This document shows, piece by piece, positions 9,146 through 17,731 of a stretch of DNA of 64,000 nt. The notes under the pieces are model-generated. The model saw only the letters and a program-made list of their open reading frames with translations, was not told where the DNA came from and made no database searches. Numbering within the stretch: the stretch's first letter is position 1; the number at the start of each line of letters is the position of its first letter. This stretch comes from an uncultured Solirubrobacterales bacterium (GTDB taxonomy: Bacteria > Actinomycetota > Thermoleophilia > Solirubrobacterales > 70-9). The translations under genes were made by a program, and so were the position numbers. The stretch lies in the NCBI GenBank assembly GCA_963697805.1, contig CAVOPB010000003.1, positions 295,166 to 359,165 of the forward strand, written 5' to 3'.

Positions 9146-9781
9146 CTACTCGTTGGGGACCGCCGCGAGCGACTCCCAGAGGTAGAGCGAGGCGAGGCTG
9201 CGGTGGGGGCGCCAGGCCTCGCCGATCTCGATCACCTCGGTCGGCGCAGGCATCTCCTCGAGCCCGTACTCGATCTGGACCGCCTTGCGGATCCCGAGGT
9301 CGCCGCCGGAGAGGACATCGGGCCGTTCGAGGTGGAACAGGAGGAACATCTCTGCCGTCCACTGGCCGAGGCCGCGGACCGCGACGATCTCCGCGATCAC
9401 CTCCTCATCGCCGAGTTCGTCGAGGCGGTCGAGCTCGAGCTCGCCGGAGATCACGTGCGCGGCGAGGTCGCGGATGTACTCGACCTTGCGCCCGGAGAGG
9501 CCCGCGGCCCGCAGGTCCTCTTCGCTCCCCTCGAGCAGCTCCTCCGGCGAGGGGGTGCTGCCCCCGAACAGGTCGACGACCCGACCGTAGATCGTCCGCG
9601 CCGCTTTGGTCGAGAGCTGTTGGCCGACGATTGCCCGCAGCAGCGCTCCGTAGGCGTCGGGTGGCCGCTCCTCGCTTCGCCGCCGCAGCCGGGTCTCGAG
9701 GTCGATCTCGCCGACCCGCTCGATCAGCGCCGCCATCTCCGGCCCGGTTGCGGCCAGCGCCTTTCGGTCTGCCGCGCTCAC
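9146..9781 (-). CDS. HhH-GPD family DNA glycosylase (3-methyladenine glycosylase II-like)
   Basis: 211 aa. Motifs: IVGQQLSTKAARTIYGR, AAGLSGRKVEYIRDLA, VRGLGQWTAEMFLLF, GDLGIRKAV. Confidence 0.8.
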   Translation of the reverse strand: MSAADRKALAATGPEMAALIERVGEIDLETRLRRRSEERPPDAYGALLRAIVGQQLSTKAARTIYGRVVDLFGGSTPSPEELLEGSEEDLRAAGLSGRKVEYIRDLAAHVISGELELDRLDELGDEEVIAEIVAVRGLGQWTAEMFLLFHLERPDVLSGGDLGIRKAVQIEYGLEEMPAPTEVIEIGEAWRPHRSLASLYLWESLAAVPNE

Positions 9782-10587
9782 TTTCCACTCCAGCGCGGCC
9801 GCCGCTTCTCGGCAAATGCCTGGATCCCCTCGCGGAAGTCGTCCGAGCGGAAGCAGGACTCGCGAAGCGCAACCAGGTCGGCCTCCTGGCGCTCGCTGAG
9901 AGCGGGGTTGGCATTCAGGACCTCGATCGCCTGTTTGTTGCCGCGCATCGAGAGCGGCGCGTTGGCGGCGATCGCCGCCGCCAGCTCAACCCCGGCGCCC
10001 TCGAGATCCTCGTCGGGGAAGACCTCGTGGACGAGCCCGATCTGCTCGGCCCGGGCCGCGACGACGTTGCGCCCGGTCAGGAACAGCTCCTTGGTCCTCG
10101 CCAGGCCGATCGTGTCGAGGAACTTGCGCAGCCCGGTGTGGCCGTAGATCAGGCCGAGCTTGGCGGGGGGCATCCCGAGCTTCGCCCCCGCCGCGCAGAT
10201 TCGCATGTCGCAGGTGATCGCCAGCTCGAGGCCGCCGCCGAGGCAGTGCCCGTTGATCATCGCCACGATCGGCCAGGGGTGCGCCGCCAACGCCTCCATC
10301 GCCGCGTGGAACGGATGGGCGACGAGCAACTCGGCGTCGCGCTCGAAGGTCTGTTCGGGTATCGACCCGATGTCGTACCCGGCGGAGAAGACGGGCGGCG
10401 CGCCGGTGATCAGCACAGAGCGGTTCTCGATCCCGGAGTCGAGCCGCGGCAGGGTCTCGGCCAGGGTGTCGAGGATCTCGTGGTCGAGGGCGTTGCGACG
10501 CTCGGGGTTGGAGATCGTGATCCTGACGACCGCCTCGGCGGGGGAGTCGAGGATCAGCTTGCCGCCGGCGAGCTCCTCGGAGGCCAC
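9778..10587 (-). CDS. Enoyl-CoA hydratase/isomerase family protein
   Basis: 269 aa, crotonase fold. Motifs: NPERRNAL, VFSAGYDI, VAMINGHCLGGGLELA, AFAEKRRPRWSGK. Confidence 0.85.
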   Translation of the reverse strand: MASEELAGGKLILDSPAEAVVRITISNPERRNALDHEILDTLAETLPRLDSGIENRSVLITGAPPVFSAGYDIGSIPEQTFERDAELLVAHPFHAAMEALAAHPWPIVAMINGHCLGGGLELAITCDMRICAAGAKLGMPPAKLGLIYGHTGLRKFLDTIGLARTKELFLTGRNVVAARAEQIGLVHEVFPDEDLEGAGVELAAAIAANAPLSMRGNKQAIEVLNANPALSERQEADLVALRESCFRSDDFREGIQAFAEKRRPRWSGK

Positions 10588-10589
10588 TA

Positions 10590-10655
10590 CTACCTTTCGC
10601 GCTTCGCTCGCGGCGCGAAGAGCCAGGTATGCACGCTTGCTCGCTCCGCGCTCAC
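10590..10655 (-). repeat. Intercistronic cassette copy E1 (mini-ORF MSAERASVHTWLFAPRAKRER)
   Basis: Minus-strand sequence: GTGAGCGCGGAGCGAGCAAGCGTGCATACCTGGCTCTTCGCGCCGCGAGCGAAGCGCGAAAGGTAG. The GTG overlaps the TGA of the biotinyl-carrier gene. Its stop lies directly before the GTG of the enoyl-CoA hydratase gene. It is near-identical to the copy at 46523-46594. Confidence 0.7.
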
Positions 10656-10864
10656 TCGAGAACTACGAGGACGTCGCCTTCGCTGACCGACTGGCCCTCC
10701 TCGCAGCGAATCTCCTTGACGGTCCCGTCGTCCTCAGCCTCGACCGGGATCTCCATCTTCATCGACTCGAGGATGACGACGGTGTCCCCGTCCTCGACGG
10801 TGTCGCCGACCGCGACCTCGATTTTCCATACGTTGCCGGTGATGTGTGCCTCGATATCCGCCAT
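10652..10864 (-). CDS. Free-standing biotinyl/lipoyl carrier domain protein (about 70 aa)
   Basis: MADIEAHITGNVWKIEVAVGDTVEDGDTVVILESMKMEIPVEAEDDGTVKEIRCEEGQSVSEGDVLVVLE. It carries the biotin attachment motif (E)SMKME. Confidence 0.85.
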   Translation of the reverse strand: MADIEAHITGNVWKIEVAVGDTVEDGDTVVILESMKMEIPVEAEDDGTVKEIRCEEGQSVSEGDVLVVLE

Positions 10865-10884
10865 GGAGCGAGACAATATCCGCC

Positions 10885-11562
10885 GTGTCTGACTCTCTCG
10901 CGGTCCTCGTCGCCGCGCGCAACGAGGCCGACCGGGTCGGCGACACCGTCGCCGCCCTCCGCGGAGCGTTTCCCGATGCGGCTATCTGGGTCGCCGACGA
11001 CGCCTCGACCGACGACACCCAGGGTGTCGCGCTCGCGGCCGGGGCCCAGGTCGTCAGCCGCGGTCTGCCCCACGGCAAGGGGGCGAACGTCACCGCCGCC
11101 GCCGAGGCGGCGCTCTCGGCGGCACCCCCCGATCTGTTCCTGCTCTGCGACGGCGATCTCGGGTCCTCGGCCGCGCAGCTGTCGCCCCTGGTCGACGCGG
11201 TCCGGCGGGGGGAGTGCGACCTCGCCGTCGCGGCTTTCAGGCGCCGGGTCGGCGGCGGCCTCGGCGTCGCTCTCGGGTTCGCCCGCTGGGCGATCCGCCG
11301 CTGCTGCGGCCTCGAGACGACGGCCCCGATCTCGGGGCAGCGGGCGATGGGGGTCGAGGTCCTGCGGGCGACGCTGCCGTTCGCGGCGGGCTACGGGATG
11401 GAGGTCGGAATGACTATCGATGCCGTGCGCGCCGGCCACACCCTGCGCGAGTACGAGCTCGACCTCTCCCACCGGGCGACCGGTCGCAACCCCGCCGGAT
11501 TCGCCCACCGGGCGAGGCAGCTACGCGACTTTGCCCGCGCCTACGCATCGCGGCGAGGGTAG
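10885..11562 (+). CDS. Glycosyltransferase family 2 protein
   Basis: LAVLVAARNEADRVGDTV..VADDASTDDT..GKGANV..CDGDLG. An in-frame GTG at 10885 was chosen so that the gene does not overlap the divergent carrier gene. The track ORF starts at 10846. Confidence 0.7.
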   Translation: MSDSLAVLVAARNEADRVGDTVAALRGAFPDAAIWVADDASTDDTQGVALAAGAQVVSRGLPHGKGANVTAAAEAALSAAPPDLFLLCDGDLGSSAAQLSPLVDAVRRGECDLAVAAFRRRVGGGLGVALGFARWAIRRCCGLETTAPISGQRAMGVEVLRATLPFAAGYGMEVGMTIDAVRAGHTLREYELDLSHRATGRNPAGFAHRARQLRDFARAYASRRG

Positions 11563-12980
11563 GGCGCCCGCTCGAAGCCCTCCACCGCGCGCTCGACCGA
11601 GCCCGCGAGTTCCAGCAGTGCCGCCTCCCCGCCTTCGGGCCCGAGCAGCTGAGCTCCGATCGGCAGACCCGCCTCGGTCATCCCGGCGGGGATGCTGATT
11701 CCGGGCCAGCCGACGACGTTCCAGGCGAACCCGTAGGGGCAGGCCGCGCTCGAAGCGGTGCTGGTCGCCCAGTAGCCGCGACCGTCGTGCTTGTAGACCC
11801 TGACCGGGGGCTTTGCCGTGGTCGGGGTGAGGACGAGGTCGAAGCGGTCGAAGATCCGGCCGAGGCGGCGGCGCAGAGACGACTCCGCCGCGCGCGACGC
11901 CCGCAGCGGCAAGCCCGAGAGAAGCCGGCCGACGCGGGCATGGGTCCTCGTCCTGGGCTCGAGGTTCGCGCGGTCGGCGATGTTCTCGTTCAGCCAGGCG
12001 TCGACGCCGGCCATCCCGCGGGGGATGATCGCCGGCCCGACCAGGCCATAGTCGGGGTCGGCCGGAGCGACGTCGTGGCCCATCTCGGCGAGGCGCCCCG
12101 CAAAGGCCTCGATCGCCGCGCGGTGCTCGGGGTCGACGTCGCTCGGAACTCCGAAAGGAGTCGCGAACGAGATCGCGATCCGCATCTGCCGCGGCTCGCG
12201 GGCGGCCGCCTCGGCGAATGGCTCCGCCGGCGCCGCGGGCTTGTGAAGGTCGGCATCGATGTTGCCGTGCACCGCGTCGAGCAGGAGCGCGGCGTCGGCG
12301 ACGCTGCGGGTCAGAGGCCCGAAGCAGGTCAGCCCGTGGAAGGACTCGGCTTCGGGCCAGGTCGAGATCCGGCCGCGCTGGGGCTTGAGGCCGACCAGTC
12401 CGGTCCATGCGGCCGGGATCCTGATCGAGCCGGCCCCGTCGGACCCGATCGCCGCGGCGACGAGGCCGGCTGCGACCGCCGCCGCCGCGCCTCCGCTCGA
12501 GCCGCCAGGAGTGTGGGCGGTGCTCCAGGGGTTGCGGGTCGCGCCGAAGGAAGGCCCCTCGGTGAACGGCCACTGGCCGACCTCCGGCGCGTGCGTCTTG
12601 CCGATCACGATCGCGCCCGCCTCACGCAGCCGCCTCACCACCTCGGCGTCTCGATCCGCCGGTCGGCGGGAGCCGCCGCAACCGAACAGGGTCGGGTACC
12701 CGGCGAGGTCGACATCTTCCTTGATCGCGACCGGCACCCCCAGCAGCGGCGCGCCCTCGCCCCGGGCGATCCGGCCGTCCGCGGCCTCCGCCTCCGCCAG
12801 TGCCTCCTCGGCGCGAATCACCCGGAACGCGTTGAGGTCTGCCTGGGCGGCCTCGGTGCGGCGCAGAGCGTCGTCGACCAGCTCCCTCGAGGAGACGCCT
12901 CCGGCGGCCAGCATTCCGACCTGTTCTAGGAGCCCGAGGGACGCGGTGCTCTGGGTGTCGGCGCTGGTCTCGGTCGGCAT
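11541..12980 (-). CDS. Amidase-signature family amidase
   Basis: Starts MPTETSADTQ at the ATG at 12980, preceded by GGAGAAGGAGGA. Motifs: GVPVAIKEDVDLAG, GGSSGGAAAAVAAGL, GSDGAGSIRIPAAW. The 615-aa track ORF is a 5' over-extension. Confidence 0.85.
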   Translation of the reverse strand: MPTETSADTQSTASLGLLEQVGMLAAGGVSSRELVDDALRRTEAAQADLNAFRVIRAEEALAEAEAADGRIARGEGAPLLGVPVAIKEDVDLAGYPTLFGCGGSRRPADRDAEVVRRLREAGAIVIGKTHAPEVGQWPFTEGPSFGATRNPWSTAHTPGGSSGGAAAAVAAGLVAAAIGSDGAGSIRIPAAWTGLVGLKPQRGRISTWPEAESFHGLTCFGPLTRSVADAALLLDAVHGNIDADLHKPAAPAEPFAEAAAREPRQMRIAISFATPFGVPSDVDPEHRAAIEAFAGRLAEMGHDVAPADPDYGLVGPAIIPRGMAGVDAWLNENIADRANLEPRTRTHARVGRLLSGLPLRASRAAESSLRRRLGRIFDRFDLVLTPTTAKPPVRVYKHDGRGYWATSTASSAACPYGFAWNVVGWPGISIPAGMTEAGLPIGAQLLGPEGGEAALLELAGSVERAVEGFERAPYPRRDA

Positions 12981-13004
12981 CGGTCCTCCTTCTCCCCGTG
13001 AACG

Positions 13005-13020
13005 GTTCGTTCGAACGAAC
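13005..13020. promoter_or_regulatory. Perfect 16-bp palindrome GTTCGTTCGAACGAAC, a candidate TetR operator
   Basis: Read directly from the sequence. It lies between the divergent amidase gene (start 12980) and the TetR gene (start 13053). Confidence 0.55.
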
Positions 13021-13052
13021 AATAAGTGAAAACGGGGTAGTCTGGGCGCCGT

Positions 13053-13634
13053 ATGGCCACTGCGATCGTCGCCGACACCCGCGAGCGCATCCTCCGCACG
13101 ACCCTCGATCTGATCGGGCACGAGGGTATCGGTGCCGTCACCAACCGGCGCGTCGCCGAAGCCGCCGACGTCTCGCTGGGGTCGCTCACCTACCACTTCG
13201 ACAGTCAGCTGGACCTCGTGCGCGAGTGCCTGATGCTGCTGGTCGGCGAGGAAGTCGTCCGCCTCGAGGGGATCGCCGCGGAGCTGCGCGGGGCGCGCCC
13301 CGGCATCGAGCAGGTCGCGATCGAGGTCGAGAGGGTCGCCCGCGAGTCCGATAGCAGGATCCGGCAGCTGGCCGAGATCGAGCTGCACCTCCGCGCCGCC
13401 CGGGACCCCGAGCTCCGCGACGCGTCACGGCGCTGTTTCGTCGCCTACGAGGAAGTCGCGGAGGCGGCCCTCGCCGCGCTCCGAGTACCCGACGCAGCGC
13501 GCCACGCCCGCTCGATCGTGGCCCTGATGTACGGGTTGGCACTGCGCCGTCTCGGGACCGGCGAAGAAGACGTCTCCGGTCTCGCCGAGGCGCTGCTGAC
13601 GATCGCCCGCGGGGCCCAGACCGACGCCGGATAG
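13053..13634 (+). CDS. TetR/AcrR-family transcriptional regulator
   Basis: 193 aa. N-terminal HTH: RERILRTTLDLIGHEGIGAVTNRRVAEAADVSLGSLTYHF. Confidence 0.85.
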   Translation: MATAIVADTRERILRTTLDLIGHEGIGAVTNRRVAEAADVSLGSLTYHFDSQLDLVRECLMLLVGEEVVRLEGIAAELRGARPGIEQVAIEVERVARESDSRIRQLAEIELHLRAARDPELRDASRRCFVAYEEVAEAALAALRVPDAARHARSIVALMYGLALRRLGTGEEDVSGLAEALLTIARGAQTDAG

Positions 13635-13646
13635 CCTGCCTTTGCG

Positions 13647-15110
13647 GTGATCCTCGCGATCGATCAGGGCACGACGGGCACCACCTGCCTGGTGTTCGAC
13701 CGCGAGGCTCGGATCGCCGGCCGGGCGTACTCGGAGTTCGAGCAGCACTTCCCGCGCCCGGGTTGGGTTGAGCACGACGCGACCGAGATCTGGGAGACGA
13801 CCCGACGGGTGGCGGGGGAGGCGATCGCCGACGCCGAGATCGCCGGCGCCGAACTCGACGGGATCGGGATCACGAACCAGCGCGAGACCGTCGTGGCCTG
13901 GGACCCGGACACCGGCGAGCCGGTTCACCGCGCACTCGTCTGGCAGGACCGCCGCACCGCGGAGCGCTGCGCCGAGCTCCGCGACGAGGGCCTCGAGGCC
14001 CTCGTCCGCGAGCGGACCGGCCTGGTCCTGGACCCCTACTTCTCCGGGACGAAGATCGAGTGGCTGCTGCGCAACGTCGAGGGGGCTGAACGCGCCGTGT
14101 TCGGCACGATCGACTCCTGGCTCCTGTTCAAACTGACCGGGCGCCACGCCACCGACCGCACCAATGCCTCGCGAACGATGCTGTTCGACATCCATCGCCA
14201 CGCCTGGGACGAGGAGCTCTGCACGATGCTCGGCATCGACCCGGAGCGGTTGCCGGAGCCGCTGCCCTCGGCGCAGGTGTTCGGCACGACCGCCGAGTTC
14301 GGTGGTGAGGTCCCGGTCGCGGGCATCGCCGGCGATCAGCAGGCGGCCCTGTTCGGCCAGGCCTGTCATTCCGCCGGGACCGCGAAGAACACCTACGGGA
14401 CCGGCAGTTTCGTCCTCCTCCATACCGGGGCCGAGGCCGCCGACCCGGTCGATGGCCTGCTCACCACCGTCGCCTGCGACACCGACGACTCCGGCGCCTA
14501 CGCCCTCGAGGCCTCGATCTTCGTCACCGGCGCTGCGGTCCAGTGGCTGCGCGACGGGCTCGGGATCATCGAGGTCGCGGCCGAGACCGAGGGGCTCGCG
14601 GGCTCGCTCGAGGGCAACGACGGCGTCTACTTCGTGCCGGCGCTGACGGGCCTCGGGTCCCCCTACTGGGACCCCTATGCCCGCGGCACGATCGTCGGCC
14701 TCACCCGGGGTAGCGGCAGGGCCCACCTCGCGCGGGCGGCGCTCGAGGCGATCGCCTACCAGGCCGTCGACGCCGTCCAGGCCCAGGAGGCCGCAGCCGG
14801 AGCGCGGCTCACGTCGCTGAAAGCCGACGGCGGCGCCGTCGCCAACCACTGGCTGATGCAGTTTCAGGCCGATGTCCTCGGCGCTCCGGTGGTCGTCCCA
14901 GAGATCATCGAGACGACCGCTCTCGGCGCCGCCTACCTGGCCGGGATCGCGACCGGGCACTGGACCGAGGAGGACGTCCGCACGACCTGGCGCGAGGGCG
15001 CCCGCTACGAGCCGGGCATGGACGAGGAGGAGCGCCGCTCGCTGCTCGCCGAATGGCGCCGCGCGGTCGGGCGATCGCGGGGCTGGGATGCACCCGAGCC
15101 GACCGCGTAA
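13647..15110 (+). CDS. glpK: Glycerol kinase
   Basis: 487 aa. Motifs: ILAIDQGTTGTTCLVFD, GWVEHDATEIW, ITNQRETVVAWD, WQDRRT, YFSGTKIEWLL, GDQQAALFGQ. Confidence 0.9.
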   Translation: MILAIDQGTTGTTCLVFDREARIAGRAYSEFEQHFPRPGWVEHDATEIWETTRRVAGEAIADAEIAGAELDGIGITNQRETVVAWDPDTGEPVHRALVWQDRRTAERCAELRDEGLEALVRERTGLVLDPYFSGTKIEWLLRNVEGAERAVFGTIDSWLLFKLTGRHATDRTNASRTMLFDIHRHAWDEELCTMLGIDPERLPEPLPSAQVFGTTAEFGGEVPVAGIAGDQQAALFGQACHSAGTAKNTYGTGSFVLLHTGAEAADPVDGLLTTVACDTDDSGAYALEASIFVTGAAVQWLRDGLGIIEVAAETEGLAGSLEGNDGVYFVPALTGLGSPYWDPYARGTIVGLTRGSGRAHLARAALEAIAYQAVDAVQAQEAAAGARLTSLKADGGAVANHWLMQFQADVLGAPVVVPEIIETTALGAAYLAGIATGHWTEEDVRTTWREGARYEPGMDEEERRSLLAEWRRAVGRSRGWDAPEPTA

Positions 15111-15165
15111 CCACGGCGACGGCAGGGGGTAGGCAGGGCGACGGCCGGTCTAAGGCCGTCCGATC

Positions 15166-15936
15166 ATGCCCGACGAGATCAAGCCACAGGTCTACAAGGA
15201 CGAACGCCCGGCGTCGTATTTCGACCAGTTTCACGCCGCGGCCCGCAAGGGGGTCGGGTGGACCTACCCGCTGGTCCGCGGCATCGTGACGCTGCCGGCC
15301 CTGCTGCCCTACCGCACCCGCGCGATCGGTGTCAAGAACGTGCCGAGGTCGGGGCCGCTGATCCTCGCCCCGAACCACTTCAGCCAGATGGACCACTTCT
15401 TCACCGGCCTCTACCTGCGCCGCCAGATTCGCTTCATGGCGAAATCGCAGCTCTTCGGCCCGCCGGTGCTGACCTACCTCTACAAGCACGGCGGCGTGAT
15501 CCCGATCCGTCGCGGCCACAAGGACGAGGAGGCTTTCAAGACTGCCTTCACCGTCCTCGATCAGGGCGGGATGCTGTTGATCTATGCGGAGGGCGGCCGC
15601 TCACGCAGCGGCGAGCTCGGTGAGCCGAAATCCGGCGTCGGCCGGCTGGCGCTCGAATCAGGCGCGCCGGTCGTCCCGGTCGCGATCCACGGCTCGGAGA
15701 GGGTCCGCCGCTGGAAGCGCTTCCGGTTCCCGAAGGTGACGGTCCAGTTCGGAGAGCCGATCTCCTTCCCGGTCGAGAAGTCGGCGCCACGCGAGCGCCA
15801 GCTCGAGGTCGCGTCCGAGATCTTCGACCAGGTCCGCGGGATGTACACCCGGCTCGAAGAGGTGGGACGCGGCGAAGTGATCCGCGCCCTGCGCGAGGGT
15901 GTCACCCCCGAGCCGGGCGACCCCAACTACTCGTAA
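15166..15936 (+). CDS. 1-acyl-sn-glycerol-3-phosphate acyltransferase family protein
   Basis: 256 aa. HX4D motif NHFSQMD, YAEGGRSRSG, and VVPVAIHGS. Confidence 0.8.
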   Translation: MPDEIKPQVYKDERPASYFDQFHAAARKGVGWTYPLVRGIVTLPALLPYRTRAIGVKNVPRSGPLILAPNHFSQMDHFFTGLYLRRQIRFMAKSQLFGPPVLTYLYKHGGVIPIRRGHKDEEAFKTAFTVLDQGGMLLIYAEGGRSRSGELGEPKSGVGRLALESGAPVVPVAIHGSERVRRWKRFRFPKVTVQFGEPISFPVEKSAPRERQLEVASEIFDQVRGMYTRLEEVGRGEVIRALREGVTPEPGDPNYS

Positions 15937-16850
15937 CGGCTGCCGAGCTTCTCGTAAAAGCCGGGGTCGTGGCCCGGGGTGACGATCGCCGCCGGGAACT
16001 CGCGGCGGAACAGCCTCAGCTCCTGCAGCGAGCGGCGCCGGTTGTGGGCGTCGAAGGGGCGAGGCGACAGCGACCCGGAACCCTCGAGCTGTGCCTGGGT
16101 GTATGCGGCGTCACCGCCGATCACGAAGTCGCGGTCCCTGAGCCGGGCGATCACCGACATGTGGCCGGCGGAGTGGCCGGGGGTGAAGGCGAGCCGGACC
16201 GAGCCGTCGCCGAAGAGGTCGAAGGCGCGGCCGAAGGTCGCGTATGAGTCGATCCCCCCACGGTCGAAATCGACCGTGCGATAGTCGAACGCGAAGTCGT
16301 AGTGGAGCCGCCGGTAGCTGTTCAACGTCGGCCGTCCCCCCTCGGTCGCCTCGTCCCACTCGACCTCGCTGAGGATGAAGGTGGAGTTCGGGAACTCCGA
16401 GATCGCCGACGCGTGGTCGGCGTGGAGGTGGGTCATGACGACGATCGGGACCTCACCCGGCTCGAGCCCGCGCTTGCGGAGCTGTGCGGGTGCGTCGCCG
16501 TCGGCCTCGACGGAGGGTTTGAGGAAACGGGTGAGGGCGCGGCCGAAGTTCTCTTCGCCGTCGGTCGCGATCGAGGGGTGGAGGCCGGTGTCGACGAGGA
16601 TCGCGCCGGCGCTCGGGTGGCGGATCAGGAAGACCGGACAGGGCAGGGTGAGCGCGTCCTTGCCGCTGAGCATCGCCCACAGCAGGCGCGGCCCCATCAG
16701 CCGGCCGTCGGGACCCTCGATCCAGCGCCGGGGCTGCTCGACGGTTCCGGTGATGATCGGCTCGACCGAGACCGTCGCTCCGGGCGTGCCTCCGGAAAGC
16801 GGCTCGTGGAGCGGTTTTGCCTCCACCTGGACCTTCATCGAGGCGGACAT
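15927..16850 (-). CDS. MBL-fold metallo-hydrolase (lactonase-like)
   Basis: 307 aa. HxHxDH motif THLHADHAS, FTPGHSAGH, and a later TPGHD. Confidence 0.75.
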   Translation of the reverse strand: MSASMKVQVEAKPLHEPLSGGTPGATVSVEPIITGTVEQPRRWIEGPDGRLMGPRLLWAMLSGKDALTLPCPVFLIRHPSAGAILVDTGLHPSIATDGEENFGRALTRFLKPSVEADGDAPAQLRKRGLEPGEVPIVVMTHLHADHASAISEFPNSTFILSEVEWDEATEGGRPTLNSYRRLHYDFAFDYRTVDFDRGGIDSYATFGRAFDLFGDGSVRLAFTPGHSAGHMSVIARLRDRDFVIGGDAAYTQAQLEGSGSLSPRPFDAHNRRRSLQELRLFRREFPAAIVTPGHDPGFYEKLGSRYE

Positions 16851-16885
16851 TACCCCCAGGTATCCCGCCTATAGGCTGGGGATCG

Positions 16886-17731
16886 ATGGCTGAGAGCGCT
16901 CATTCGCGCATATTCAGGGACGGGCTTCTGGAGGGCCAGGTCTGTCTCGTGTCCGGCTCCGGCTCCGGCCTCGGCCGCGAGACTGCGCTTGAGCTGGCCC
17001 GGCTCGGGGCGGATGTGGTCGGGTGCGGCCGCCGCGCCGAGCCGCTGGCCGAGACCGGCGAGCTCGCCGACGGCCTGCCTGGGAGCTTCGAGCATGAGGC
17101 GATGGACATCCGCGACGAGGAGGCGGTGGAGCACCTGATCGGTGGCCTTCTGGCGCGCCACGGGAAGCTCGACGTCCTCGTCAACAATGCCGGTGGCCAG
17201 TTCCTGAGCCCGGCCGAGGCGATCAGCCCGAAGGGCTTTCGCACCGTCACCGAGCTGAATGTCCAGGGCACCTGGCTGATGACCCACGCGGCTGCGACCA
17301 AGGCCTTCATCCCGCAGGGCAGTGGCAAGGTGCTGAGCGTCACCCTCTCGCCGCACCATGGGATGCCGGGCATGGTCCACTCCGGCGCCGCCCGCGCCGC
17401 GGTCGAGAACATGATGCGCACCCTGGCGATCGAGTGGGCGCGGTTCGGGATCACGACCTGTGCCCTCGCCGCCGGCCAGTTCGCGACCGAGACCCTCCTG
17501 ACCAAGTATCCGAAGGTGGTCGTCGACAACCTCGAGCGCTCGATACCGATCGGCCGTGCCGGGCGATCCGAGGAGCTCGCCTGGCTAGTCGCCTACCTGG
17601 CCTCGCCCGCCGGCGACTTCATCTCCGGTACGACGATCACGATCGACGGCGCCCGCGACAACTGGGCCGGGCCGTGGCCGCCCGAGGCGATCGTCGGCGA
17701 GGGCGGCGAGCCGCCGGCGGAGGAGCGCTAG
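16886..17731 (+). CDS. SDR-family oxidoreductase
   Basis: Starts MAESAHSRIF at the in-frame ATG at 16886. Motifs: VSGSGSGLGRETA, NNAGG, SGAARAAVENM. Confidence 0.8.
   Translation: MAESAHSRIFRDGLLEGQVCLVSGSGSGLGRETALELARLGADVVGCGRRAEPLAETGELADGLPGSFEHEAMDIRDEEAVEHLIGGLLARHGKLDVLVNNAGGQFLSPAEAISPKGFRTVTELNVQGTWLMTHAAATKAFIPQGSGKVLSVTLSPHHGMPGMVHSGAARAAVENMMRTLAIEWARFGITTCALAAGQFATETLLTKYPKVVVDNLERSIPIGRAGRSEELAWLVAYLASPAGDFISGTTITIDGARDNWAGPWPPEAIVGEGGEPPAEER

Noticed and set aside
9769-9781. The glycosylase gene start GTGAGCGCGGCAG matches the first 13 nt of cassette copy E2.
   Set aside because: The match is short and GC-rich, it sits at a GTGA junction, and nothing downstream resembles the cassette. 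It cannot be told apart from chance without genome-wide statistics.
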